Positions 29,175-39,456 of a stretch of 40,277 nt of DNA are shown here, piece by piece. A program made the position numbers and the translations under genes. Position 1 is the first letter of the stretch. Every line of letters starts with the position of its first letter. The stretch spans positions 1 to 40,277 of the forward strand of contig NW_021835401.1 in assembly GCF_006345805.1 (NCBI RefSeq). Direction: 5' to 3'. The notes beneath the pieces are model-generated. The model saw only the letters and a list, made by a program, of their open reading frames with translations, was not told the DNA's origin and ran no database searches. The DNA comes from Octopus sinensis. Taxonomy: Eukaryota.

Positions 29175-29247
29175 TGCTAGATATAGACGTCAATTGGTTT
29201 TAATTGATTAATATTAATTTCTACCCTTATGTAATTTTATATATATA

Positions 29248-29335
29248 CTAGCAGTATCGCCCGGCGTTGCTCGGGTTTGTAAGGGAAATAATTATATAAG
29301 CATTATTAGAGAGTTATAGCCAAAAAATAGGATTC
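29248..29335 (-). mobile_element. Helitron-like 3' terminus
   Basis: Minus strand reads CCCG-AGCAACGC-CGGG hairpin, 8 nt, CTAG, then T. Confidence 0.7.
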
Positions 29336-30003
29336 CTCTCTGTGTCACGCTGAATATCCCCGAGAACTACGTTAAGGGTACACGTGTCTGTGGAGTGCTC
29401 AGCCACTTACACGTTAATTCCACGAGCAGGCTGTTCCGTTGATTCGGATCAACTGGAACCCTCATCGTCGTAACCGACGGAGTGCTCCGGCAGGGAGTGG
29501 TGGTGATCCCTGCTGTACTCTTTCACCACAACTTTCTCTCACTCTTACTTCCTGTTTCTGTTGTACCTGTATTTCAAAGGGCCGGCCTTGTCACTCTCTG
29601 TGTCACGCTGAATATCCCCGAGAACTACGTTAATGGTACACGTGTCTGCGGAGTACTCAGCCACTTACACGTTAATTTCACGAGCAGGCTGTTCCATTGA
29701 TTCGGATCAACTGGAACCCTCATCGTCGTAACCGACAGTGCTCCTGCAGGGGATGGTGGTGAACCCTGCTGTACTCTTTCACCACAACTGTCTCTCACTC
29801 TTACTTCCTGTTTCTGTTGTACCTGTATTTCAAAGGGCCGGCCTTGTCACTCTCTGTGTCACGCTGAATATCCCCGAGAACTACGTTAAGGGTACACGTG
29901 TCTGTGGAGTACTCAGCCACTTACACGTTAATTCCACGAGCAGGCTGTTCCGTTGATTCGGATCAACCGGATCCCTCATCGTCGTAACCGACGGAGTGCT
30001 TCC
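29336..30003 (+). repeat. Headless tandem array of SINE family S4 (one partial plus two ~257-bp units)
   Basis: Units start at 29336 (partial), 29489 and 29745; followed by ATAAACAGGAGCAA (30004-30017). Confidence 0.85.
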
Positions 30004-30219
30004 ATAAACAGGAGCAAATCATCTCTAAAAAAAAAGGCGGAGCCTAAAGGATAGGGTGGAAGTAATGATCATTGAAATTCCCCTCCCACCGGGCAAAAGG
30101 AATAGGCGACGTCAAAAGGATGTGGGCGTGGCTAAGTTATTTGGGTCAGTCTATTTATATGGAGTAGGTGAGGTCAGGTCTGTTTGAAATGTATGCCTGG
30201 CAATCGTAGTCACAATACG

Positions 30220-30228
30220 TAGCTGCTG

Positions 30229-30262
<34 letters not shown>

Positions 30263-30368
30263 ACTGCTGCTGCTGCTGCTACTACTACTACTACTACTAC
30301 TACTACTGCTGCTACTACTACAACTGCTGCTGCTACTACTACTGCTGCTGCTGCTGCTACTACTACTA

Positions 30369-30400
<32 letters not shown>

Positions 30401-30410
30401 ACTACTACTA

Positions 30411-30473
<63 letters not shown>

Positions 30474-30554
30474 TGCTGCTGCGCTGTACTACTACTAACT
30501 ACTACTACTGCTGCTGCTGCTGCTGCTACTACTACTACTACTACTATACTGCTG

Positions 30555-30587
<33 letters not shown>

Positions 30588-30666
30588 TGTGCTGCTGCTG
30601 CTTGCTGCTACTACTACTACTACTACTACTATACTACTACTACTGTTACTACTACTACTACTACTC

Positions 30667-30699
<33 letters not shown>

Positions 30700-30786
30700 T
30701 CTACTACTACTACTACTATTCTACTACTACTCTACTACTACTACTACTACCACCACCACCATCACAACTGCTGCTGTTACTACTAC
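30220..30786. repeat. Compound (CTA)n/(CTG)n trinucleotide tract
   Basis: Directly visible. Confidence 0.95.
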
Positions 30787-30859
30787 TAAAACTATAAAAC
30801 AAAACCCAAAACAACAAAACCGTCATTAGAGCTTTAGGAGTATCTTTTATATGTAAGAC

Positions 30860-31281
30860 GTGTGTGTGTGTGTGTATCTGTGTGTGTGTGTGTGTCTTGT
30901 GTGTTGTGTGTGGTGTGTGTGTCTTGTGTGTATCTGTGTGTGTGTGTGGTGTGTGTGGTGTGTCTGTGTGTGTATCTGTGTGTGTGTGTGTGTGTGTCTG
31001 TGTGTGTATCTGTGTGTGTGTGTGTGTATCTGTGTGTGTGCCTGTGTGTGTATCTGTGTGTGTGTTGTGTGTCTGTGTGTCTGTGTGTGTATCTGTGTGT
31101 GTGTGTGTGTCTGTGTGTGTGTGTGTGTCTGTGTGTGTATCTGTGTGTGTGTGTGTATGTGTCTATGTGTGTATCTGTGTGTGTGGTGTGTGTGTCTGTG
31201 TGTGTGTGTGTGCACGCGCGCAAACACACACACACACGCGCACACACACACACGCACACACGCACCACACACACACACACT
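30860..31281. repeat. (TG)n tract switching to (CA)n across a GCACGCGCGC centre
   Basis: Directly visible. Confidence 0.92.
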
Positions 31282-31386
31282 CACGTATATATACAGACAG
31301 ACAGACAGATAGATAGATACAAGTATGTATGTATGTGTACATGTGTGTGTGTGTGTGTACAAATATACAAACACACATACATATAT

Positions 31387-31546
31387 GGAGTGGCTGTGTG
31401 ATAAGTAGCTTGCTAACCAACCACATGGTTCCGGGTTCAGTCCCACTGCGTGGCATCTTGGGCAAGTGTCTTCTACTATAGCCCCGGGCACACCAACGCC
31501 TTGTGAGTGGATTTGGTAGACGGAAACTGAAAGAAGCCTGTCGTAC

Positions 31547-31625
<79 letters not shown>

Positions 31626-32166
31626 ATATAATATAGGCGCAGGAGTGGCTGTGTGGTAAGTAGCTTGCTAACCAACCACATGGTTGCGGGTTCAGTCCCA
31701 CTGCGTGGCATCTTGGGCAAGTGTCTTCTGCTATAGCCCCGGGCCGACCAATACCTTGTGAGTGGAATTGGTAGACGGAAACTGAAAGAAGCCTGTCGTA
31801 TATATGTATATATATATAGGCGCAGGAGTGGCTGTGGTAAGTAGCTTGCTAACCAACCACATGGTTCCGGGTTCAGTGCCACTGCGTGGCACCTTGGGCA
31901 TGTGTCTTCTACTATAGCCTCGGGCCGACCAATGCCGTGTGAGTGGATTTGGTAGACGGAAACTGAAAGAAGCCCATCATATATATATATATATAGGCAT
32001 AGGAGTGGCTGTGTGGTAAGTAGCTTGCTAACCAACCACATGGTTCCGGGTTCAGTCCCACTGCGTGGCACCTTGGGCAAGTGTCTTCTACTATAGCCCC
32101 GGGCCGACCAATGCCGTGTGAGTGGATTTGGTAGACGGAAACTGAAAGAAGCCCGTCGTATATATG

Positions 32167-32199
<33 letters not shown>

Positions 32200-32412
32200 T
32201 TGTGTTTCTGTGTTTGTCCCCCTAGCATTGCTTGACAACCGATGCTGGTGTGTTTATGTCCCCGTTACTTAGCGGTTCGGCAAAAGAGACCGATAGAATA
32301 AGTACTGGGCTTACAAAAGAATAAGTCCCGGGGTCGAGTTGCTCGATTAAAAGGCGGTGCTCCAGCATGGCCGCAGTCAAAATGACTGAAACAAGTAAAA
32401 GAGTAAAAGAGT
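31387..32412 (+). repeat. Tandem array of SINE S2: four head-plus-body units separated by (TA)n; only the last carries the 3' half
   Basis: Units start at 31387, 31636, 31819 and 31996; the tail ends TAAAAGAGTAAAAGAG. Confidence 0.87.
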
Positions 32413-32437
32413 ATATATGCATGTATATATAGTCGCG

Positions 32438-32587
32438 GGTGTGGGCTATACTCTAAGCAGTTTGCTTCCCAACCACATGATTCCGGGTTCAGTCAGACCC
32501 ATGACATGGCACCTTAGGTGACAGTCTTCCATAACCTCGAGTTTTCTGAGTAGCTCCGAAAGAAGAAAACTGAAAGACGCCTGTCCT
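32438..32587 (+). mobile_element. Highly decayed S2 SINE 5' half
   Basis: CCAACCACATGATTCCGGGTTCAGTC...AAACTGAAAGACGCCTGTC. Confidence 0.6.
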
Positions 32588-32598
32588 TTATATACATA

Positions 32599-33478
32599 TC
32601 TTTATATATAAAAGTGAAGTTGTGTGAGTGTCTGTCTCCTACGATTTTAAACTGCGGTGCAGTTTAACCAAAACTGGGTATCTTATAGTCGTGATTCATA
32701 TCGAGCCCGTCTGGGTATTAGCGCGCGTCTACGATGAGTCTACGATTTTAAAAATAATTTACCATAATTTTTTCCATTTTAACGCATATTTTTTCGTGTG
32801 TCGATGGCGGCGGAGTTGGCGTCCACGCTCACACCTGCACCTGTGTTGCTTCTCCCACTTCTTCCCTCCCTCGTGAAGCTGTGGGGAAGGGAGTGTAAGG
32901 AAATCAACGTCGTAAAGCATTGTCAAGGAGACCAGCGTTCTTTTAGAACAAGGACTTCATGGCTTGAAGTCGCCAAAACAGAAATCGCTAAAAAAGCTGA
33001 AACAGATCCACAAAAACGGCAAAAACCGCCACACAGGGCAGGTTTCCTGTGCAAACAATTTGCACAACCGAATGTTTTAGTTGTTGCACAAATCTTTATA
33101 TATAAAAGTGAATTTGTGTGTCTGTCTGTCTCCTACGATTTAGATTCCTAACTACTCCCACATTTTGCGGTGCAGTTTAACCAAAACCGGGTATCTTATA
33201 GTCGTGATTCATATAGAGCCCTTCTGGGTATTAGCGCGCGTCTACGATGAGTCCACGATTTAAAAAATAATTTACCATAATTATTTTCCATTTTAACGCA
33301 TATTTTTTCGTGTGTCGATGGCGGCGGAGTTGGCGTCCACGCTCACACCTGCACCTGTGTTGTTCTTCCTCCCCCTTCTTCCCTCCTCGTGAAGCTGTGG
33401 GGAAGGGAGTGTAAGGAAATCAACGTCGTAAAGCGTTGTCAAGGAGACCAGCGTTCTTTTAGAACAACGACTTCATGG
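32599..33478 (+). mobile_element. Two tandem Helitron-like 5' segments (32599-33092 and 33093-33478)
   Basis: Both begin A|TCTTTATATATAAAAGTGAA (TC start after A) and share ~370 bp; no CTAG end on this strand. Confidence 0.6.
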
Positions 33479-33935
33479 TACAAAGAAACAGGAAGTAAGA
33501 GTGAGAGAAAGTTGTGGTGAAAGAGTACAGCAGGGTTCACCACCACCCCACCACCATGGAGCACTCCGTCGGTTACGACGATGAGAGTCCCAGCTGATAC
33601 GATCAACGGAACAGCCTGCTCGTGGAATTAACGTGCAAGTGGCTGAGTACTCCCACACACGTGTACCCTTAACGTAGTTCGCGGGGATATTCAGCGTGAC
33701 ACAGAAGAGTGACAAGGCCGGCCCTTTGAAATACAGTACAACAGAAACAGGAAGTAAGAGTGAGAGAAAGTTGTGGCGAAGAGTACAGCAGGTTCACCAC
33801 CATCCCCTGCCGGAGCCTCGTGGAGCTTTAGGTGTTTTTCGCTCAATAAACACTCACAACGCCCGTCTGTTAATCGAAACCGCGATCCTATGACCGCGAG
33901 TCCGCTGCCCTAACCACTGGGCCATTGCGCCTCCA
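33479..33935 (-). mobile_element. SINE S4: complete headed unit plus a partial second unit
   Basis: tRNA-like head TGGAGGCGCAATGGCCCAGTGGTTAGGGCAGCGG...GGTTTCGATT; body matches 29489-30003; preceded on the minus strand by ATAAACAGGAGCAA (33949-33936). Confidence 0.85.
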
Positions 33936-34031
33936 TTGCTCCTGTTTATATACTCTAGCTGAATAGTTAAGCGTTAAGCATTGGCATTACGAGGTTTTGG
34001 GTTCGATTTCACCCTGTGTTATCTTTATTTA

Positions 34032-35570
34032 AGGCGGCGAGCTTGCAGAAACGTTAGCACGCCGGGCGAAATTCTTAGCGGTATTTCGTCTGCCGTTACG
34101 TTCTGAGTTCAAATTCCGCCGAGGTCAACTTTGCCTTTCATCCTTTCGGGGTCGATTAAATAAGTACCAGTCACGCACTGGGGGTTGATATAATCGCCTT
34201 AATCCGTTTGTCTGTCCTTGTTTGTCCCCTCTGTGTTTAGCCCCTTGTGGGTAGTAAAGAAATAGGTATTTTGTCTGCCGCTACGTTCTGAGTTCAAATT
34301 CCGCCGAGGTCAACTTTTATCTTTCATCTTTTCGGGGTCGATTAAATAAGTACCAGTCACGCACTGGGGGTTGATATAATCGAATTAATCCGTTTGTCTG
34401 TCCTTCTTTGTCCCCTCTGTGTTTAGACCCTTGTGGGTAGTAAAGAAATAGGTATTTCGTCTGTCGTTACGTTCAGAGTTCAAATTCCGCCGTGGTCAAC
34501 TTTGCCTTTCATCCTTTCGGGGTCGATTAAATAAGTACCAGTTACGCACTGGGGTCGATGTAATCGACTTAATCCCTTTGTCTGTCCTTGTTTGTCCTCT
34601 CTGTGTTTAGCCCCTTGTGGGTAGTAAAGAAATAGAAATAGGTATTTCGTCTGCTGTTACGTCCTGAGTTCAAATCCGCCGAGATCGACTTTGCCTTTCA
34701 TCCTTCAGGGTCGATTAAATAAGTACCAGTTACCCACTGGGGTCGATATAATCGACTTAATCCCTTTGTCTGTCTTTGTTTGTCACCTCTGTGTTTAGCC
34801 CCTTGTGGGTAGTAAAGAAATAGGTATTTCTTCTGCCGTTAAATGTTCTGGGTTCAAATTCCGCCGATGTCGACTTTGCCTTTCATCCTTTCGGGGTCGA
34901 TAAATTAAGTACCAGTTACGCACTGGGGTTGATGTAATCGACTTAAACCATTTGTCTGTCCTTGTTTGTCCTCTCTGTGTTTAGCCCCTTCTGGTAGTAA
35001 AGAAATAGGTATTTCGTCTGCTGTTACGTCCTGATTCACATTCCTTCCGCCGAGGTCGACTTTGCCTTTCATCCTTTCGGGGTTGGTTAAATAAAGTACC
35101 AGTTACGCACTGGGGTCGATGTAATCGACTTAATCCGTTTGTCTGTCCTTGTTTGTCCCCTCTGTGTTTAGCCCCTTGTGGGTAGTAAAGAAATAGGTAT
35201 TTCGTCTGCCGTTAGTGTTCTGGGTTCAATTTCTGCCGAGGTCGACTTTGCCTTTCATCCTTTCGGGGTTGATTAAATAAAGTACCAGTTACGCACTGGG
35301 GTCGATGTAATCGACTTATTATCCCTTTGTCTGTCCTTGTTTTGTCCCCTCTGTGTTTAGCCTTGTGGGTAGTAAATAAATAGGTATTTCGTTCTGCTGT
35401 TAGTCGTCCTGAGTTCAAATTCTGCCGAGGTCGACTTTGCCTTTCATTTCATCCTTCGGTCAATTAATAAGTACCAGTTACGCACTGGGGTTGATGTAAT
35501 CGACTTAATCCGTTTGTCTGTCCTTGTTTGTCCCCTCTGTGTTTAGCCCCTTGTGGGTAGTAAAGAAATA
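34032..35570 (+). repeat. Tandem array of SINE S1 (tail type 2): one tRNA head plus eight ~182-190-bp body-tail units
   Basis: Head AGGCGGCGAGCTTGCAGAAACGTTAG; units start at 34081, 34266, 34452, 34642, 34824, 35009, 35197 and 35384, each ending GTGGGTAGTAAAGAAATA(G). Confidence 0.92.
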
Positions 35571-36087
35571 ATATATACACATATGATGGCTATTCCTCAC
35601 GACTGAGGAAAACCATCGACGGTCGTTAACAGCATCGTACACACAGACAGAATTATACTTTACACTTGTGTCCCCACTGATGACAAATGATTCCAGCTCT
35701 TTATAAACATTCTTTCTTCTTTATTCCTTAAACCCTCCAGCGCGGAGTGTAGGCCACATATAGTTGAATTCCATGTCGCATAATTCTTTGCTCTTGTACT
35801 TATACTCTGCCATGTATGTCCCCTTTTCTCTAGTTCCTTATGTGTTAATCTCCGCCACGAGTTCTTAGGGCTAACTCTTCTTCTATATGCAACCGGTTTC
35901 CACCTTAAAGCACTTTTTGCTATATTTGGTGTGTCTTTTTCTTTGTGCCTTTAACCCTCCAACGCTGAGTATAGGTCACTTATGTCCCCCTTTCTCTAGT
36001 TCCTTTTGTGTTGATCTCCGCCACGAGTTCTTAGACCTACCTCTCCTTCTATATCCAACCGGTTTCCACTTTAAATCACTTTTCACA

Positions 36088-36218
36088 GAACTTGAGGCGA
36101 TCGTACGTAGCTACACGAAGAGATAGCCTCTGTGCAGCATATAAGCTACTGGGAAAGACTCAAGAGATTAAGACTCTATTCCTTGAAGCGTCGGCGAGAA
36201 AGATATGCCATAATATAC
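36088..36218 (+). mobile_element. CR1/L2-like LINE C-terminal fragment
   Basis: Translates as LEAIVRSYTK..ASVQHISYWERLKRLRLYSLKRRRERYAIIY. Confidence 0.7.
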
Positions 36219-36220
36219 AT

Positions 36221-36282
36221 ACTCTTACTCTTTACTCTCTTACTTGTTTCAGTCAGTCATTGGACTGCGGCCATGCTGGAGT
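36221..36282 (-). mobile_element. 3' tail fragment of SINE S2
   Basis: Reverse complement of CTCCAGCATGGCCGCAGTC...TGACTGAAACAAGTAAGAGAGTAAAGAG. Confidence 0.75.
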
Positions 36283-36782
36283 ATAGGCCACTTATGTCCC
36301 CCTTTCTCTAGTTCCTTATGTGTTAATCTCCGCCACGTGTTCTTAGGCCTACCTCTCCTTCTATATCCAACCGGTTTCCACTTTAAAGCACTTTTCGCTA
36401 CATTTGGTGTGTCTTTTCTAATTGTGCTACCAATCCACAACCACTTTTTCTTAAGTATTTGCTCCCTAATCGAAACTTGATTTGTTCTTTGACATCGCTC
36501 CATATTGCTTATGTGTTGGGGCCATTTAATTTTAAGTATACTACGCAAGCATCTGTTGATGAATGATTCTATTTGCTTATTTGACTTAACTGTTGTTCGC
36601 CATGTCTCAGGCCCATACAATAACAACGCATGTTTTTTGTAAAAAATTCTTATTTGTTCTTTATTGAAATTACACTTGCACTCCATATTTTCTTTAACAG
36701 GTGAAAAGCGGTCCTTGCCTTACTTATTCTCGTCCTAATATCTTCCTCGGTGCCGCCTGAAAACGTTATCTTACTTCCTAAA

Positions 36783-36900
36783 TATGTAGAAACACTGCCA
36801 GATAAGAATGGAACCTGGTGCAGCCTTCTGGCTTCCCAGACCCCGGTCTAACCGTCCAACATATGCTAGCATGGAAAACGGACGTTAAACGAAGATATGA

Positions 36901-36954
<54 letters not shown>

Positions 36955-37111
36955 ATGTAGCACCCACTACACTCACGGAGTGGTTGTGTTAGGAAGGGCA
37001 TCAAGCTGTAGAAACTCTGCCAATCAGACTGGGGCCTGGTGCAGCCTTCTGGCTTCCCAGACCCCAGTCAAACCGTCTAAACCTTTGCTATCATGGAAAC
37101 GTACGTTAAAC

Positions 37112-37152
<41 letters not shown>

Positions 37153-37323
37153 GCACTCAGTACACTCTTGGAGTGGTTGGCGTTAGGAAGGGCATCCAGC
37201 TGTAGAAACCTGCAGATCAGACTGGGGCCTGGTGCAGCCTTCTGGCATCCCAGATCCCCGGTCGAACCGTCCAACCCACGCTAGCATGGAAAGCGGACGT
37301 TAAACGATGATATGATGATATAA

Positions 37324-37368
<45 letters not shown>

Positions 37369-37727
37369 GCACCCCTACACTCACGAGTGGTTGGCGTTAG
37401 GAAGGGCTTCCAGCTGTAGAACACTGCCAGATCTGACTGGGGCCTGGTGCAGCCTTCTGGCATCCCAGATCCCTGGTCGAACCGTCCAACCCACGCTAGC
37501 ACGGAAAGCGGACGTTAAACGATGATATGATGATATATATATATATATATATATTACATATGTAGCACCCCTACACTCACGGAGTGGTTGGCGTTAGGAA
37601 GGGCTTCCAGCTGTAGAAACACTGCCAGATCTGACTGGGGCCTGGTGCAGCCTTCTGGCATCCCAGACCCTGGTCGAACCGTCCAACCCATGCTAGCATG
37701 GAAAACGGACGTTAAACGATGATACGA

Positions 37728-37770
<43 letters not shown>

Positions 37771-37925
37771 GCACCCCTACACTCACGGAGTGGTTGGCGT
37801 TAGGAAGGGCATCCAGCTGTAGAAACACTGCTAGATCAGACTGGAGCCTGGTGCTGCCTCCTGGCTTCCCAAACCTCAGTCAAACCGTCTAACCTTTGCT
37901 ATCATGGAAAACGTACGTTAAACGA

Positions 37926-37993
<68 letters not shown>

Positions 37994-38160
37994 AGCACTC
38001 ACTACACTCTTGGAGTGGTTGGCGTTAGGAAGGGCATCCAGCTGTAGAAACACTGCCAGATCAGACTGGGTCTTGGTGCAGCCTTCTGGCATCCCAGATC
38101 CCCGGTCGAACCGTCCACCCACGCTAGCATGGAAAGCGGACGTTAAACGATGATATGATG

Positions 38161-38195
<35 letters not shown>

Positions 38196-38365
38196 ATATG
38201 TAGCACCCCTACACTCACGGAGTGGTTGGCGTTAGGAAGGGCTTCCAGCTGTAGAAACACTGCCAGATCTGACTGGGGCCTGGTGCAGCCTTCTGGCATC
38301 CCAGACCCTGGTCGAACCGTCCAACCCACGCTAGCATGGAAGCGGACGTTAACAATGATATGATG

Positions 38366-38446
<81 letters not shown>

Positions 38447-38613
38447 GCACCCCTACACTCACGGATTGGTTGGCGTTAGGAAGGGCTTCCATCTGTAGAA
38501 ACACTGCCAGATCTGACTGGGGCCTGGTGCAGCCTTCTGGCATCCCAGACCCTGGTCGAACCGTCCAAACTATGCTAGCATGGAAAACGGACGTTAAACG
38601 ATGATATGAATAT

Positions 38614-38661
<48 letters not shown>

Positions 38662-38826
38662 GTATGTATATAGCACCCACTACACTCACGGAGTGGTTGG
38701 CGTTAGGAGGGCATCCAGCTGTAGAAACACTGCCAGATCACACTGGGGCCTGGGCAGCCTCCTCCTGGCTTCCAAAACCTCAGTCGAACCGTCCAACCCG
38801 TGCTAGCACGAAAACGGACATTAAAC
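36783..38826 (+). repeat. Tandem array of ten SINE-derived (family S3) ~165-bp units separated by (TA)n
   Basis: Unit ATGTAGCACCCCTACACTCACGGAGTGGTTGGCGTTAGGAAGGGC...GGACGTTAAACGATGAT; starts at ~36783 (internally deleted), 36956, 37148, 37363, 37560, 37766, 37990, 38197, 38442 and 38670. Confidence 0.9.
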
Positions 38827-38884
38827 GATGATGATGATGATGATGATGGTGAGGTGATGGTGATGGTTAATAATAATAATGATG

Positions 38885-38932
<48 letters not shown>

Positions 38933-39247
38933 CGATGATAATGACGACGACGACGATGATGACGACGATGATGACGATGATGATGATGATGATGATTATG
39001 ATGATTATGATTATGATGATGATGATGACGATGATGATGACGATGATGATGATGATGATGATGATGTTGTTGATGACGATGATTATGATGATGATGATGA
39101 TGATGATGTTGATGAGGATGAGGATGATGAGGATGATGACGATTATGATGATTATGATGATTATGATGATGATGAGGATGATGAGGATGATGATGATGAC
39201 GACGACGACGACGACGATGATGACGATGATGATGATGACAATGATGA
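38827..39247. repeat. (GAT)n tract with GAC/GAG variants, continuous with the S3 tail
   Basis: Directly visible. Confidence 0.96.
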
Positions 39248-39307
39248 TCTTCAAATTATAAAAGCCAAAAAGCCATCTTGTGATTTCATTTTATTCCTTT
39301 TTTTCAG

Positions 39308-39441
39308 GTCTGCGAGATGAATGATGGATCAAAGGCGGTGAAACTTGGAGATTTTGGATTAGCAACCGATGCAAAACAACCCTTGTTCGTTGTTTGCGGA
39401 ACCCCTACTTATGTGGCCCCGGATATTCTGTCAGAAAAAGG
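39308..39441 (+). CDS. DCLK: Internal coding exon of a doublecortin-like (DCLK-family, CAMK group) Ser/Thr kinase, subdomains VII-VIII; paralogue not determined
   Basis: Polypyrimidine TTTTCAG acceptor and GG|GTAAGT donor; 134 nt, open in phase 0: [48 protein letters not shown] plus CGTPTYVAP matches DCLK1/2 [12 protein letters not shown] and DCLK3 ILSEKG as recalled. Confidence 0.9.
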
Positions 39442-39456
39442 GTAAGTGTTTATATA

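Larger units (their letters stand above)
35731..36770 (-). mobile_element. RTE-clade LINE 3' fragment with a locally triplicated C-terminal segment
   Basis: GGTEEDIRTRISKARTAFHLLKKIW, LLYGPETW, FINRCLRSILKIKWP, RRRGRPKNTWRR; segment TATGTCCCC...CTAGTTCCTT recurs at ~35815, ~35981 and ~36293. Confidence 0.8.

Noticed and set aside
30842-30859. Minus-strand TCTTACATATAAAAG as the 5' end for the Helitron 3' terminus at 29248
   Set aside because: Similarity to the 32599/33093 starts ends after 15 nt; the inversion model explains the orphan end better.
33860-34090. Functional tRNA genes (A/B-box-like motifs at 33935-33870, 33956-34015 and 34032-34110)
   Set aside because: No complete cloverleaf or acceptor stem; they continue into SINE bodies or are decayed heads.
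34032-35570. CRISPR-like regular repeats
   Set aside because: The units are contiguous ~186-bp SINE bodies with no unique spacers, the context is eukaryotic, and there are no cas genes.
36689-36760. Acceptor-like TTTCTTTAACAG|GTG as a second host exon
   Set aside because: The reading frame is not kinase-like and stops quickly; the region is the antisense of RTE coding sequence.
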